A stretch of 64,000 nucleotides of DNA from Alphaproteobacteria bacterium (GCA_965261735.1 OZ253470.1:2624001-2688000); one strand, 5' to 3'. Shown: positions 1-11,410, counted from the stretch's first letter. A program made the numbers and translations. The notes: a model not told the origin generated them from the letters alone.

Positions 1-499
1 CGATGATGCGGTTTTCGACCGTGCCGTCCTCGGTGACGATGACCACCAGCGCGCGCTTGGGGCCGAGGCCGACGAATTCGATGTGTTTGAGGGCTGCGTC
101 CGCCTTCGGCGCGACCACCAGGCTGGCGCAGTGCGAGAGGCCCGACAGCATACTCGTTGCCTCGGTCAGCAGCTCCTCGAGGCTGCGCCCGCTGGCGGCG
201 CAACGCGCCTCGATATTGGCGCGCTCGGCATCGCTCAGGGCGCCGATCTCGAGCAGGCCATCGACGAAGAACCGCAAGCCGGCGTCGGTCGGCAGCCGCC
301 CGGCCGAGGTGTGCGGCGCGAACAGCAGTCCCATCTCCTCGAGATCGGCCATGACGTTGCGGATCGAGGCGGGCGAGAGGTTGATGTTGAGGCGGCGCGA
401 CAGGGTACGCGAGCTGATGGGCTCGCCGGTCTCGACGTAGGCGTCGACGATGGTGCGGAAGATCTCCCGCGAGCGTTCGTTGAGTTCTTCAATCATCAT
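1..499 (-). CDS. hrcA: Heat-inducible transcription repressor HrcA (5' part; runs off the window start)
   Basis: Manual minus-strand translation MMIEELNERSREIFRTIVDAYVETGEPISSRTLS...SPASIRNVMADLEEMGLLFAPHTSAGRLPTDAGLRFFVD; divergent from rph, as usual in Alphaproteobacteria. Not in the ORF track. Confidence 0.95.
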   Translation of the reverse strand, partial: MMIEELNERSREIFRTIVDAYVETGEPISSRTLSRRLNINLSPASIRNVMADLEEMGLLFAPHTSAGRLPTDAGLRFFVDGLLEIGALSDAERANIEARCAASGRSLEELLTEATSMLSGLSHCASLVVAPKADAALKHIEFVGLGPKRALVVIVTEDGTVENRII

Positions 500-697
500 G
501 GCGGTCTTGACCGTCCGCGCGGACCTTCGCGGTTGCCGCAGGACGTGTTCAATCTAGTAACGCGGTGGTACGTCGTCAACGCGGGCCGGTGCTGGCGCTC
601 GGCGGCGACGGGCGTGGGCGGCCACTGGACGCACCGCCGGCGAAAGCGATAGAACGAGGCAGCGTGCACGGCGCGGCGTCGCTTCATGGGTGCGAGG

Positions 698-1453
698 ATG
701 ACCGATTCAAGAACGACCGGCCAGGGTCAGGTCGAGCGTCCCTCGGGGCGGGCAGCGAACGAGCTGCGGCCAGTGACCCTCGAGCCCGGCTTCAGCAAAT
801 ACGCGGAGGGCTCCTGCCTCGTGCGCTTCGGCGACACCCACGTGCTGTGTACGGCCAGTGTCGAGGAGCGGGTACCGCCGTTTCTTCGCAACAGCGGCAG
901 CGGCTGGGTCACCGCCGAATACGGCATGCTGCCGCGCTCCACGGACACCCGCAGCGACCGCGAGGCGGCGCGCGGCCGGCAGTCGGGGCGCACCCACGAG
1001 ATCCAGCGCCTCATCGGCCGCAGCCTGCGCGCGGTTACCGACCTCGAGGCGCTCGGCGAGCGTCAGGTGCGCCTCGATTGCGACGTGCTTCAGGCCGACG
1101 GTGGCACGCGCACGGCGGCGATCACCGGCGCCTACGTGGCGCTGCACGCGGCGCTTGCCGGCGAGGTCGCGAAGGGCAAGCTCGGCGCGCTCCCGCTCGG
1201 CGATCAGGTCGCGGCCGTAAGCTGCGGGCTTTACCAGGGCATGCCGGTGCTCGACCTCGACTATGCTGAGGACTCGACGGCCATGGCGGATGCCAACTTC
1301 GTACTCACCGCGCGCGGCGGTATCGTCGAGGTCCAGGGGACGGCCGAATCGACGCCGTTCTCGGAAGCCCGCTTTCACGCCATGTTCGGCCTCGCCAAAG
1401 AGGGCGTGGCGACCCTCGCGGTCTTACAACGCCAGGCCCTGGGCTTGGCCTAG
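698..1453 (+). CDS. rph: Ribonuclease PH
   Basis: [30 protein letters not shown] and [14 protein letters not shown] motifs; start may be 686. Confidence 0.97.
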   Translation: MTDSRTTGQGQVERPSGRAANELRPVTLEPGFSKYAEGSCLVRFGDTHVLCTASVEERVPPFLRNSGSGWVTAEYGMLPRSTDTRSDREAARGRQSGRTHEIQRLIGRSLRAVTDLEALGERQVRLDCDVLQADGGTRTAAITGAYVALHAALAGEVAKGKLGALPLGDQVAAVSCGLYQGMPVLDLDYAEDSTAMADANFVLTARGGIVEVQGTAESTPFSEARFHAMFGLAKEGVATLAVLQRQALGLA

Positions 1454-1460
1454 AGCGCCC

Positions 1461-2072
1461 ATGGCGCGCGCCTTTCGCGGCGGCACCCTCGTGGTCGCGA
1501 GCCACAATGCCGGCAAGGTGCGCGAGATCGGCGATCTGCTCGCGCCGCTCAATGTCACGACGCTCGCGGCCGCCGATCTCGGGCTCGCCGAGCCGGCGGA
1601 GACGGGTGCGAGCTTCACCGCCAACGCCGAGCTCAAGGCCCATGCCGCCGCGCACGCGAGCGGACACGCCGCCCTCGCCGATGATTCGGGGCTCGTGGTG
1701 CCGGCGCTTGGTGGCGCGCCCGGCCTCCACTCCGCGCGCTGGGCCGGCCCGAAGCGCGACTTCGCGGGCGCCATGAGCCGCGTTGCGCGGGAGCTCGAGC
1801 GCGGCGGCGCGGCCGTCGAGGGCTGCCCGGCCCGCTTTGTCGCCGCCCTGTCGCTCGCCTGGCCCGACGGCGATTGCGAGACCTTCGAGGGTCGAGTCGA
1901 GGGCCGGCTGGTGTGGCCGCCGCGGGGCGAACGTGGCTTCGGCTACGATCCCATGTTCGCCGCCGATGGCCATCGGCTCACCTTCGGCGAGCTGGAGCCG
2001 GCCGAAAAGCACCGCATCAGCCACCGCGCCGATGCCTTCCGCAAGCTCATCGATGCCTGCTTCCAGGCCTGA
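1461..2072 (+). CDS. rdgB: Non-canonical purine NTP pyrophosphatase (RdgB/HAM1)
   Basis: [21 protein letters not shown] and SHRA motifs; rph-rdgB-hemW synteny. Confidence 0.95.
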   Translation: MARAFRGGTLVVASHNAGKVREIGDLLAPLNVTTLAAADLGLAEPAETGASFTANAELKAHAAAHASGHAALADDSGLVVPALGGAPGLHSARWAGPKRDFAGAMSRVARELERGGAAVEGCPARFVAALSLAWPDGDCETFEGRVEGRLVWPPRGERGFGYDPMFAADGHRLTFGELEPAEKHRISHRADAFRKLIDACFQA

Positions 2073-3219
2073 GGCGCGCGGCGATCTCGGTATCTACGTG
2101 CACTGGCCGTTCTGCGTCCGCAAATGCCCCTATTGTGACTTCAACGTTCATATCCGCGCCCAGGTCGACGACCGTGCCTGGCGCGATGCGCTGGCCACCG
2201 AGCTTGCGCACTTTGCCCGTCTCATGCCCGGCCGGACGCTCGGGAGCGTCTATTTCGGCGGCGGTACGCCCTCGCTCATGGCCCCCGACAGCGTCGCCGC
2301 CCTGCTCGATGCGGCGGCGGGGCACTTCGCGCTCGCGCCCGACGTCGAGGTCACCCTCGAGTCCAACCCCGAGGATTCCGGGCGCCTCGCCGGCTACCGC
2401 GCCGCCGGCGTCACCCGCCTCTCGCTAGGCGTCCAGAGCCTACGCGATCCCGACCTCGCGGCCCTCGGCCGCGGCCATTCGGCGGCCCAGGCGCGCGAGG
2501 CCGTGGCGCAGGCCCAGCGCTTGTTTGCGGCGACGTCGTTCGACCTCATCTACGCCCGGCCGGGACAGGGCCCCGAGGCGTGGCGCGACGAGATCGGCGA
2601 AGCGCTCGCACTGGCCGCCGGCCACCTCTCGCTCTACCAGCTCACGTTCGAGCCCGGCACCGCCTTCCACCTTGCACTGCGGCGGGGCGCGCTGGCGGCG
2701 CCGGGCGAGGACACCGCCGCCGCCCTCTACGAGCTCACGCAGGAGAGCTGCGCCGCCGCGGGCTACTCGGCCTACGAGGTCTCCAGCCACGCCGTCCCGG
2801 GCCAGCAATCGCGCCACAACCTCAACTACTGGCGCGGCGGCGACTATGTCGGCATCGGCCCCGGGGCCCACGGCCGGCTGACGCTGGAGGGCCAGCGCAT
2901 CGCCACGCGCCAGAGCAAGCATCCGGAGACGTGGCTCGCGGCGGTGGGCTCGGCGGGACATGGTACCGAGGCGGGGGAGGTCCTCGACCGCGACACGGTC
3001 GCGGCCGAGTTCGTGATGATGGGCCTGCGGCTTGTTGAAGGTGTCTCGCTACCGGCTTTCGAGGAGGCCGTCGGGCACCCGCTCGCCGAGCACCTGGCGG
3101 GCGAACGCCTCGAGCGCCTCGTGCGCGGCGGGCTGCTCGCGCTCGACGCAGCCACCCTACGGGCCACCCCTCGCGGCCGCCCCGTGCTCGACGCGGTAAT
3201 CGGCGAGCTTCTCGCTTGA
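2053..3219 (+). CDS. hemW: Radical SAM heme chaperone HemW
   Basis: [29 protein letters not shown]; start estimated. Confidence 0.93.
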   Translation: MPASRPEARGDLGIYVHWPFCVRKCPYCDFNVHIRAQVDDRAWRDALATELAHFARLMPGRTLGSVYFGGGTPSLMAPDSVAALLDAAAGHFALAPDVEVTLESNPEDSGRLAGYRAAGVTRLSLGVQSLRDPDLAALGRGHSAAQAREAVAQAQRLFAATSFDLIYARPGQGPEAWRDEIGEALALAAGHLSLYQLTFEPGTAFHLALRRGALAAPGEDTAAALYELTQESCAAAGYSAYEVSSHAVPGQQSRHNLNYWRGGDYVGIGPGAHGRLTLEGQRIATRQSKHPETWLAAVGSAGHGTEAGEVLDRDTVAAEFVMMGLRLVEGVSLPAFEEAVGHPLAEHLAGERLERLVRGGLLALDAATLRATPRGRPVLDAVIGELLA

Positions 3220-4505
3220 AGCTCCGCCGCGAGCGAGCTACTCGAGCCTCGGGTACGGCCCGCCGCTGGCGCGCCACCGCGGTGATCCTCGCGGCGCTCG
3301 CCGCCGTCTACATCGTCGTACAGTTCTACCGCGTCGCGGTCTCGGTCATCGCGCCCGACATGATGCGCGAACTCGCACTGACCTCGGAGGCGGTGGGCGG
3401 CCTGACCGCCGCCTTCTTCGTTGGGCTCGCTCTGGCACAGATTCCGGTTGGCATGCTGGTCGATCGTATCGGCCCGCGGATCACGATGCCCGCCATGCTT
3501 GGGTTCGCCGTGTTGGGCTCGCTCCTGTTCGCGGCGGCGACCTCGACGGTGGAACTCACCATGGCGCGCCTGCTTACCGGTGTCGGGTGCGCCGGCGCGA
3601 TCGGCGCCATGGTGGTATGCGCACGCTGGTTCGCGCCCAAGCACTTCGGCACCCTGGCCGGGGTTCTGGCCGGGCTCGGCAACCTCGGCAACTTACTGGC
3701 AGCGACGCCTCTAGCCGCAGCGGCGCAGGCGTTCGGTTGGCGCGCCCCTTTCGTTGCCGTCGCGTTCATCACCGCGGTGGTCGCGGTAATAGTCTTTGCC
3801 ATGGTTCGCGACACGCGGCCGGGCCGCGAGCCTGAGGTGCGCGTGCCGGAGAGCGGCGCCGTTATCCTTGCGGGCCTCGCGCAGGTCATTCTCAATCGCC
3901 GCCTCCACCCTATCGTGGCAATGAGTTTTGTCGGATACGCCAGCCTGATCACGGTAATGGGCCTGTGGGCCGGGCCCTATCTCCACGACGTGCATGGTCT
4001 CGGGCCGGTGCCGCGGGGCAATGTGCAGCTGGTCATGACACTGGGGCTGATCGCGGCGCTGTTCGCGATCGGCCCGATCGAGCGCTATTTCGACACGCGC
4101 AAGGGCGTGGTGGTTTGGGGCGCGGCGGCCACGATCGCTGTGTTCGGGGTTCTCGCTCTGTGGCCCTCGCCGCCCCTGTGGGCGGTCACGGTGCTGTTTG
4201 CGCTTTTGGCTCCGCTCAATGCGTACAGCATCATCGCCTTCGCCCACGGCCGTGCGATGATCCCCGACCGCCTTGTCGGGCGCGGCATTGCCGTGCTCAG
4301 CGTGATCAGCATGTGTGGGATCGCGACGCTGCAAATTACGACTGGTTTTATCGTCGGCGCCTTTGCCGAGGACGGCGTGGTGGGGCCGGCCGGCTACCGC
4401 TGGATGTTCGCCTTTCTCGCTGCCATCGTGTTGGCATCACTCCTTCGCTACCGGCGCAGCGAGGACATGCGGCCGAGCCGCGATAGAGCAAGAGCCGGGG
4501 CATAG
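3216..4505 (+). CDS. MFS transporter
   Basis: About 12 hydrophobic segments; GMLVDRIGPR motif A; start uncertain. Confidence 0.88.
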   Translation: MKLRRERATRASGTARRWRATAVILAALAAVYIVVQFYRVAVSVIAPDMMRELALTSEAVGGLTAAFFVGLALAQIPVGMLVDRIGPRITMPAMLGFAVLGSLLFAAATSTVELTMARLLTGVGCAGAIGAMVVCARWFAPKHFGTLAGVLAGLGNLGNLLAATPLAAAAQAFGWRAPFVAVAFITAVVAVIVFAMVRDTRPGREPEVRVPESGAVILAGLAQVILNRRLHPIVAMSFVGYASLITVMGLWAGPYLHDVHGLGPVPRGNVQLVMTLGLIAALFAIGPIERYFDTRKGVVVWGAAATIAVFGVLALWPSPPLWAVTVLFALLAPLNAYSIIAFAHGRAMIPDRLVGRGIAVLSVISMCGIATLQITTGFIVGAFAEDGVVGPAGYRWMFAFLAAIVLASLLRYRRSEDMRPSRDRARAGA

Positions 4506-4550
4506 GCACGGCTAACGGGCCGCAGCCCGGGGGGCTCGGGGGCCAGCCCG

Positions 4551-6008
4551 CTAGGTCCCGGGTTTCTGGAAGGTGGTTGGAGCGTCGCTGATGACGCGCA
4601 AGGAGCGTGGGCGCACCTCCATGACCGCGAGGCCGCGTTCGGCGATGCCGTCGGGGCGGAAACGGAAGATGCCGTCGATACCGGAGAAACCGCTCGAGGA
4701 GCCGAGCGCCGAGGCCGAGAAGTCGGGTCCGTCCGGTGCCCGCGCGAGGACCGCGGCGAGCGCCACGGCGTCGTAGGCGAGGCTCGCAATGCGTGGCGGC
4801 GCCCGGCCATAGGCGGCCGTGAAGCGGTCCCGGAAGAGCTCGGCCTCGCGTGGCGGCGGGCCGGCGAACCAGCCGCCGACCAGGCTCGGCTCGCGGCCGA
4901 TCGTCGGGTCGTCCCACAGGGCCGTGCCGAGAAAGCGAATCTTGTCGGGATCGATATCGTAGAAGGCCATGGTCGGCGCCAGCTCGCGTAGCCGGTCGCC
5001 GCCCTCGGGCAGCAGGACCGCGTCATAGCCCAGTTCGCCGAACGTCTCGAGTCCCTCGAGACGACGCAAGGCCTGGCGCGAGGCTTCATCCTCCTGTGCC
5101 GCGAGCTGGGCGCGCAACGCGTCGAGCTCCGCCCGGCGGCTTCCGAAGCTCGCCAGACGCTGCACGGGCTTGGCGTAGTCTCCCGATCCGGGCACGTAGC
5201 GCACGATGCGGGCGATGCGGACGCCACCCCGCTGCGCCGCCGCTTCGAGCGCGGATTCGACGGTCGCGCCGTAGGCCGTGTCAGGGATGAGCGCTGCGAC
5301 GCGCCACAGCCCCTGGCGCCGCGCAAACGTCACGACGCGCTCGATCTGCTGCTCCGGCATGACGCCCATGAGGTACACTCCCGGCGCCGCCACCGCGCGG
5401 TCGGTCGAGAACGCGACCATGTTGACGCCGCGGGCCCGCGCAGGCTCGACCGCGGCCGCGACGGAGGCACTGAACAAGGGCCCGAGCACCAGAAAGGCCC
5501 CCTCCTGCAGCGCCAACTCGGCGGCCGCGCGGGCGCCTTCGGGCGTCCCGCCGGTGTCCCTGGGCAGCAGCACGAGGCGGGCGTCGGAGACGTCGAACAG
5601 GGCGAGCTGCGCGGCATCCAGCATCGCCGCGCCGATCTCCTCGTGGGCACCGCTGAGCGGCAGCAGCAGCGCCACCTTGATCGGCGGCGGCGCGTCCAGC
5701 GCCGGTGGCGACAGCAACGGCGCGACCGGCTCGACGGTGACCGGCGTTTCGGCCGCGACGGGAGGCGGACTCGGCGCCGGTGCCGGCTGCGGGGCCGCGG
5801 GGGCGACGGGAACCGGCGTCGGCGCCGAGTCCGGCGGCGGCACCCGGCGCGTGACGTCGGTGGGCGGTGCGCTCGCGGGCGCTGCTTCGCCCCCTATCCC
5901 GAGGCGCCCCTTAATGTCTAGAGTCGGCGACCCGCATCCCGCGAGCAGTGCGAGGCTGGCCGCGAACAAGGTCGTGGTGAGCGATACCGGCACCGGTAGA
6001 TTTTGCAA
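4551..6008 (-). CDS. Penicillin-binding protein activator (LpoA/LppC-like lipoprotein)
   Basis: Lipobox LAGC, Pro-rich linker, KVALLLPLSG, ASLAYDA, FSGIDGIFRF; divergent from rsmI-yraN. Confidence 0.85.
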   Translation of the reverse strand: MQNLPVPVSLTTTLFAASLALLAGCGSPTLDIKGRLGIGGEAAPASAPPTDVTRRVPPPDSAPTPVPVAPAAPQPAPAPSPPPVAAETPVTVEPVAPLLSPPALDAPPPIKVALLLPLSGAHEEIGAAMLDAAQLALFDVSDARLVLLPRDTGGTPEGARAAAELALQEGAFLVLGPLFSASVAAAVEPARARGVNMVAFSTDRAVAAPGVYLMGVMPEQQIERVVTFARRQGLWRVAALIPDTAYGATVESALEAAAQRGGVRIARIVRYVPGSGDYAKPVQRLASFGSRRAELDALRAQLAAQEDEASRQALRRLEGLETFGELGYDAVLLPEGGDRLRELAPTMAFYDIDPDKIRFLGTALWDDPTIGREPSLVGGWFAGPPPREAELFRDRFTAAYGRAPPRIASLAYDAVALAAVLARAPDGPDFSASALGSSSGFSGIDGIFRFRPDGIAERGLAVMEVRPRSLRVISDAPTTFQKPGT

Positions 6009-6037
6009 CGCACTTCCCGTACACAGTCCGGGAGCCT

Positions 6038-6931
6038 ATGGAACAGAAAACAAAAGGTAACGAGGCGGTGGCGGGAAGTAAACTGGAGCCCGGACTCTAC
6101 GTAACCGCGACGCCCATCGGCAATATGGGCGATATCACGTTACGCGCCCTCGAAGCGCTGCGCGCCGCGGACGTCATCGCCTGTGAGGATACGCGCCGCA
6201 CCGGCCGCCTGCTGGCCCGCTACGACATCAAGCGGCCGCTTATCGCCTACCACGATCACAACGAGATGCGCATGCATCCGGTGCTCATCGAGCGCTTGAT
6301 CGCTGGCGAGCTTATCGTCCTCGTCTCGGATGCGGGCACCCCGCTCGTGTCCGACCCCGGCTACCGCCTCGTGCGCGCGGCGCGCGAGCATGGCGTTTTC
6401 GTCACCGCCTTGCCCGGCGCCTCGTCGGTCCTCGCCGCGCTTTCCGTCGCCGGCCTGCCGGTGCAACCGTTTCTCTTCACCGGCTTTCTGCCCGCAAGGC
6501 AGGGCGCGCGGCGGCGTGAGGCGACGCGCCTCGCCGCCATCGACGCGACGCTCGTCCTTTTCGAATCGGCGCGCAGGCTGCCGGCCAGCCTCGCCGACCT
6601 CGCGGCCGCGATGGGGCCGCGCGCGGCGGCCGTGGCGCGCGAACTCACCAAGCTCCATGAGGAAGTCCGGCGGGGATCGCTGGCCGACCTCGCGGCCGGG
6701 TACGCGTTCGAGGGCCCACCCAAGGGCGAGGTCGTCCTGGTCATCGCACCGCGCGGTTCGGGGCGCGCCGCGGCGCCGTCGGAGGCCGAAATCGATGCCC
6801 TGTTGGGCGAGGCGCTACGGACGCGAACGCCGAGCCGCGCCGCCGCCGCCGTGGCCGTGGCCGCGGGACTGCCGCGCCGCGCTGTCTACGCGCGAGCGCT
6901 CGCGCTCCGGCGTGGCAGCGGCGCGGCGTGA
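6038..6931 (+). CDS. rsmI: 16S rRNA C1402 2'-O-methyltransferase
   Basis: TPIGNMGDIT, CEDTR, VSDAGTPLVSDPG, RELTKLHEE. Confidence 0.96.
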   Translation: MEQKTKGNEAVAGSKLEPGLYVTATPIGNMGDITLRALEALRAADVIACEDTRRTGRLLARYDIKRPLIAYHDHNEMRMHPVLIERLIAGELIVLVSDAGTPLVSDPGYRLVRAAREHGVFVTALPGASSVLAALSVAGLPVQPFLFTGFLPARQGARRREATRLAAIDATLVLFESARRLPASLADLAAAMGPRAAAVARELTKLHEEVRRGSLADLAAGYAFEGPPKGEVVLVIAPRGSGRAAAPSEAEIDALLGEALRTRTPSRAAAAVAVAAGLPRRAVYARALALRRGSGAA

Positions 6932-7299
6932 GCGGGCGGCGCGCGCGAAAACGGCGGCGTGCGCAGCGCGCCGGCCGCTGGGCGGAGGTGGCCGGCGTAT
7001 GGTATCTGCGCCTCAAGGGCTACCGCATTCTCGCCCGGCGCTACCGCGTGCCGGTCGGCGAGGTCGACATCGTCGCGTGCCGCGGGAGCACGCTCGCACT
7101 GGTCGAGGTCAAGGCGCGCCCGAGCCTCGATAGGGCGGCCGAGGCCCTGACCGCGCGCCAGCGCGCGCGGATCGGCCGCGCGGCGCGCATGTTTCTCGCC
7201 CACCATCCCAAGCTCGCCGCTCTCGCCGTGCGCTTCGACGTTCTCCTCGTGGTATCATGGCGCCTGCCCGTCCACCTTGAAGATGCATGGCGCGAATGA
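6928..7299 (+). CDS. yraN: YraN family (UPF0102) protein
   Basis: GEVDIVA, VEVK, RFDV; overlaps the rsmI stop. Confidence 0.92.
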   Translation: MSGRRARKRRRAQRAGRWAEVAGVWYLRLKGYRILARRYRVPVGEVDIVACRGSTLALVEVKARPSLDRAAEALTARQRARIGRAARMFLAHHPKLAALAVRFDVLLVVSWRLPVHLEDAWRE

Positions 7300-7373
7300 G
7301 GGGCGGTGAGGGTCTGCGCGGGGCGCCCGAAATCCGCCGCTTGGGTGCCCGGGTCGCCAACTCAGAGGGTCAA

Positions 7374-7994
7374 ATGCAGCGTCCTCCCGGCATCCAGTTT
7401 CGCTTCCGTGCGCCTGCGATCGTCGCGTTTCTGGCCTGCGCCCTGGGCCTTTCCGGCTGCGTCGGCATGGCCGCCGGCGGCGCCGCGGCGGTCGGCGTCG
7501 CCGCCGCGCAGGAGCGCAGCATCGGCGCCGCCATCGACGACGCCACGATCGACATCGAGATCAATCACCTGCTGCTGCAAAAGAGCGAGGCGTTGTTTCG
7601 CCGCGTCGGTATCGACGTCGTCGAGGCCCGCGTCCTGCTGACCGGGAACGTTCCGACACCGGACGAACGGGTGCAGGCCGCACGACTCGCGTGGCAGGCG
7701 GCGGGTGTCCGCGAGGTTCTCAACGAGATCCAGGTCGATGACCGCAGCGGCATCATCGATTACTTCAAGGATGCCCGAATCTCCTGGCAGCTGCGCTTCA
7801 AGATATTGACCGATCGTGACATCGGCGACATCAACTACACGATCGAAACGGTCAACGGCGTTATCTACGTCATGGGAATCGCCCGCGACCAGAAGGAGCT
7901 CGACAAGGTGACGGGCCACGCCAGCAACATTCCCGGCGTCGTCAAGGTGGTCGGCCACGTCCGGCTCAGAGACGATCCGCGGCGCCGCACCTGA
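7374..7994 (+). CDS. BON-domain lipoprotein (DolP/YraP-like)
   Basis: Lipobox LSGC, ERSIGAAIDD, two BON repeats. Confidence 0.88.
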   Translation: MQRPPGIQFRFRAPAIVAFLACALGLSGCVGMAAGGAAAVGVAAAQERSIGAAIDDATIDIEINHLLLQKSEALFRRVGIDVVEARVLLTGNVPTPDERVQAARLAWQAAGVREVLNEIQVDDRSGIIDYFKDARISWQLRFKILTDRDIGDINYTIETVNGVIYVMGIARDQKELDKVTGHASNIPGVVKVVGHVRLRDDPRRRT

Positions 7995-8000
7995 GGCGGC

Positions 8001-8828
8001 GTGAGCGAGCGCGAAACGCTCGAGGAGACCCTGCGCGCCGTCGGGGCGGCCGACGACGAGGCCATTGACCTCGCCGCGGCGGCACTCGCGCTCGCCGCGC
8101 TCGATCATTTGGGCACCGCGCTCGAACCGTACCGGGAGCATCTCGGCCTGGTCGCCGAAACCTGCGGGTTGGTTGCCGGCGACGGCGACTTCGAGGCGTG
8201 CCTGGCGGCGCTCCAGGACACGCTCGTGCGCCGCTACGCCTACCACGGCGACGCCCTGACCTACGACGATCCGTGGAACGCGGACCTCATGTGCGTCATC
8301 GACCGCCGCCACGGCCTGCCGGTCGCGCTCGGGATTCTCTACATCCACACGGCGCGCGCCCAGGGCTGGGCGATGGCCGGGCTCAACTTCCCCAACCACT
8401 TCCTCATGCGCCTGGAGACGCATGGCAAAAGTGCCGTTCTCGACCCGTTTCGCGGCGCCCAGGTGCTCGAGCCGGAGGCACTGCGCGAGACCTTGAAGCG
8501 CGTCCTCGATCCCGACGCGGAACTCTCGCCCGGGCACCTCAGCGTCGCCGACAACCGCTCCATCCTGATGCGCCTGCAGAACAACATCAAGACGCGCGCG
8601 CTCGCCGCCAACGACGTCGACCGTGCCATCGAGATCATCGAGCGCACCCTGCTGTTTGCCCCTGATCACGCGTCGCTGTGGCGCGAGCTCAGCGTCATGT
8701 GGGCGCATCAGGGTACGCTCAGGAACGCGATCGAAGCGGGCGAGGGGTGGTTGATGCGCGCCGCCGGGATGGGCGCGCGCCACGACGCGCAAGCCTGGCT
8801 CGACGAGCTCAAGCGGCGCATCAACTGA
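8001..8828 (+). CDS. SirB1/transglutaminase-like protein with TPR
   Basis: RRHGLPVALGILY, FPNHFL, RLQNNIK. Confidence 0.85.
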   Translation: MSERETLEETLRAVGAADDEAIDLAAAALALAALDHLGTALEPYREHLGLVAETCGLVAGDGDFEACLAALQDTLVRRYAYHGDALTYDDPWNADLMCVIDRRHGLPVALGILYIHTARAQGWAMAGLNFPNHFLMRLETHGKSAVLDPFRGAQVLEPEALRETLKRVLDPDAELSPGHLSVADNRSILMRLQNNIKTRALAANDVDRAIEIIERTLLFAPDHASLWRELSVMWAHQGTLRNAIEAGEGWLMRAAGMGARHDAQAWLDELKRRIN

Positions 8829-8902
8829 GGCCCATAGTTCGCGCTGGGAGCGTCCCGAGCGCTCGACTATAGTGGCCGCCACGCCCGCCTCGGAGCCTTG
8901 GC

Positions 8903-9868
8903 ATGAGTCTCGCCGTCGCCATCCAGATGGACCCGATCGAGACGATCGACATCGAGGCCGACAGCACGTTCGTTCTCGCTCTGGAGGCGCAAGCCCGCGG
9001 TCACGGGCTCTTTCACTATTTGCCGCGCGACCTGTTTCTCAAGTCGGGGCGGGTTTACGCGCGCGCGCGCGCGCTCGAGGTGCGGCGCGAGGCCGGCCGC
9101 CACTATTCGCTCGGCGCGCCCGAGACCCTCGACCTCGCCACGCTCGACATCGTGCTCATGCGCCAGGACCCGCCCTTCGACATGGCCTACATCACGGCCA
9201 CCCACCTGCTCGAGCACATCCACCCCGAGACGATGGTGGTCAACGACCCGGTCCAGGTCCGCAACGCGCCCGAAAAGCTCTACGTCACACACTTCGCCGA
9301 CATCATGCCGCCGACGCTTATCACCGCCGACCCGGTGCAGATTCGCGCCTTCCGCGACGAGCACCACGACATCATCATCAAGCCGCTGTTCGGCAATGGC
9401 GGCGCCGGCGTGTTCCACATCGCCGCCGGCGACGACAACCTGAACGCGCTGCTCGAGCTGTTCACCGAGCTCTACCGCGAGCCCATCGTCGTGCAGCGTT
9501 ATCTGCCCGAGGTGCGGGCCGGCGACAAGCGCATCATCCTGATCGACGGCAGGCCCGCCGGCGCCATCAACCGGGTACCGCCCGAGGGCGAGGTGCGCGC
9601 CAACATGCACGTCGGCGCCAAGCCCGAGAAGGCGACGCTGACCACGCGCGAGCGCGAGATCTGCGACGCCATCGGCCCGGCGCTCGAGCGCCGCGGGCTG
9701 GTGTTCGCCGGCATCGACGTAATCGGCGGCTTCCTCACCGAGATCAACGTAACCTCGCCGACGGGCTTGCAGGAGGTCAACCGCTTCGACGGCACCCGCC
9801 TCGAGGCCGACATCTGGGACGCGATCGAGCGCCGCTACCACGACCACCGCAACATCCGCCCGGCATGA
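8903..9868 (+). CDS. gshB: Glutathione synthetase
   Basis: [31 protein letters not shown]. Confidence 0.97.
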   Translation: MSLAVAIQMDPIETIDIEADSTFVLALEAQARGHGLFHYLPRDLFLKSGRVYARARALEVRREAGRHYSLGAPETLDLATLDIVLMRQDPPFDMAYITATHLLEHIHPETMVVNDPVQVRNAPEKLYVTHFADIMPPTLITADPVQIRAFRDEHHDIIIKPLFGNGGAGVFHIAAGDDNLNALLELFTELYREPIVVQRYLPEVRAGDKRIILIDGRPAGAINRVPPEGEVRANMHVGAKPEKATLTTREREICDAIGPALERRGLVFAGIDVIGGFLTEINVTSPTGLQEVNRFDGTRLEADIWDAIERRYHDHRNIRPA

Positions 9869-10428
9869 GCGCGTCGCCGAGGGAGATGCGCGAGCGGCTG
9901 CGCGCCATCGTCACAGCGCGCTCGCTGAGCGTGGGCGAAGAGGTCCGCCTCGCCTCGGGTGCCGCGAGCCGCTTCTATTTCAACATGAAGGAGACGATGT
10001 TCGACCCGGAAGGGGCGAGCCTCATCGCCGACCTGGTGCTCGACGCGCTGGCGGGCGATGCGCCCGACTATGTCGGCGGGCTCGAGATGGGCGCGGTGCC
10101 GATCGTCGCCTGCGTGAGCCAGCGCAGCTTCCAGATCGGCCGCCCCGTACCCGGCTTCTTCGTCCGCAAGGAGGTCAAGGACCACGGTACCAAGCGGCGC
10201 ATCGAGGGCCGCCTTGAGGCGGGCCGGCGCGCGGTCATCCTCGAGGACGTAACGACGACCGGCGGCTCGGCGCTACAGGCGGTGGAAGCGGCGCGCGGCG
10301 CCGGGGTCAGCGTCGAGAAGATCGTGACCATCGTCGACCGCCTCGAGGGCGCGGCCGCCCGCCTCGCTACCCACGACCTCACCCTCGTCGCCCTCCTCAC
10401 CGCGCGCGACTTCGAGATCGAGGCCTAA
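9865..10428 (+). CDS. pyrE: Orotate phosphoribosyltransferase
   Basis: [26 protein letters not shown] motif, VDR. Confidence 0.93.
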   Translation: MSASPREMRERLRAIVTARSLSVGEEVRLASGAASRFYFNMKETMFDPEGASLIADLVLDALAGDAPDYVGGLEMGAVPIVACVSQRSFQIGRPVPGFFVRKEVKDHGTKRRIEGRLEAGRRAVILEDVTTTGGSALQAVEAARGAGVSVEKIVTIVDRLEGAAARLATHDLTLVALLTARDFEIEA

Positions 10429-10582
10429 GTCCGGGCGAGCGGTGGGCGCCGGAAGCGTCTCAGGTCGAAAACAGCCGTCTGGTACGCCCTCGTGAAGCAT
10501 CACAGCGAAGGTGCCATCCAACAGGGTCTGGAATTCCTAACCCAAAGAGCGCATATTTCGTGACTTATGGAAGGAGAATCGC

Positions 10583-10798
10583 ATGGCCGAACGCAAATCA
10601 GCCCTTAGGCGGGCGCCTGAGCGCCCAGCACTCGCCGCGCTTATAGACCATGCGAAAACGGTTGATCTGACCGACGATCAACTGTTGGAGCAACGTGCCA
10701 GCTTCGTGTACGGCAATGCACCCGAGCGCTCGCGGATCACAAGGGAGTCGGCGGCGAGGTCTGTCAGGAGGGTCCGCGTTAGAACGGCACCCGCATGA
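10583..10798 (+). CDS. Small protein, putative Fic antitoxin
   Basis: 71 aa, RBS GGAG, EQRASFVYGN...RITRE; directly upstream of a Fic gene. Confidence 0.6.
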   Translation: MAERKSALRRAPERPALAALIDHAKTVDLTDDQLLEQRASFVYGNAPERSRITRESAARSVRRVRVRTAPA

Positions 10799-10826
10799 CA
10801 CCGGCGGGAGTGGCTCACGCGTAGCG

Positions 10827-11183
10827 ATGTTCATCCTCGAAGAGGAGGATCAGGAGCTCTACGATCGGGTTCAAGAGCAGAATCTGAATCGGCAATATGA
10901 ACTGCTCACCAACTGTATCGAAATCGGATTGATGAAAGGGCCCGCGGCGTTCGACAAGTACCTGCTATGGGCCCTCAACCATGTCGCTGTGGCGAATATC
11001 TCTCAGTTCGGCGGGAGATTCCGCAGGGAACCTGTCTACGTGGGAGACCACAAGCCACCGCACTTCAATGAGGTTTACGACTGGATGGACCGCTTCATCT
11101 CGACGGTCCAAGAGAACTGGTATGTCTGGACGCCGACAGAATTGGCCGCATATGGGCTCTGGCGACTAAACTGGATTCATCCG
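10827..11183 (+). pseudogene. Fic-domain protein truncated at the catalytic motif
   Basis: GRFRREPVYVGDHKPP...AAYGLWRLNWIHP; the rest of the HPFx(D/E)GNGR motif is missing. Confidence 0.8.
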
Positions 11184-11410
11184 GTCCCTTCGCTGATATC
11201 TCAAACAGCCCGTTCTCCTTTGTCTCGACCCATTCGACAAACTCCCTTTCAACAAGTGCATCAATGGTCTTTCTGGCTACGAGTTCTGATTTGTCATGAG
11301 GCACAAACCGACCCATCTGATAGATGCTATTTGCTTCTTGACGAGGAGCGTAGGCCGCGTCCCAAATCAGGTAGAGCACCTCTTCTTGCGCATCATCGAA
11401 GAGGGACATC
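11184..11410 (-). pseudogene. Truncated winged-helix-like ORF coupled to the carA stop (TGATG)
   Basis: MSLFDDAQEEVLYLIW...IDALVEREFVEW...FEISAKG, then runs antisense into the Fic gene; low GC. Confidence 0.4.

Noticed and set aside
500-697. CIRCE operator near hrcA (also the TTAGCAC at about 38854)
   Set aside because: No TTAGCACTC-N9-GAGTGCTAA match at either site.
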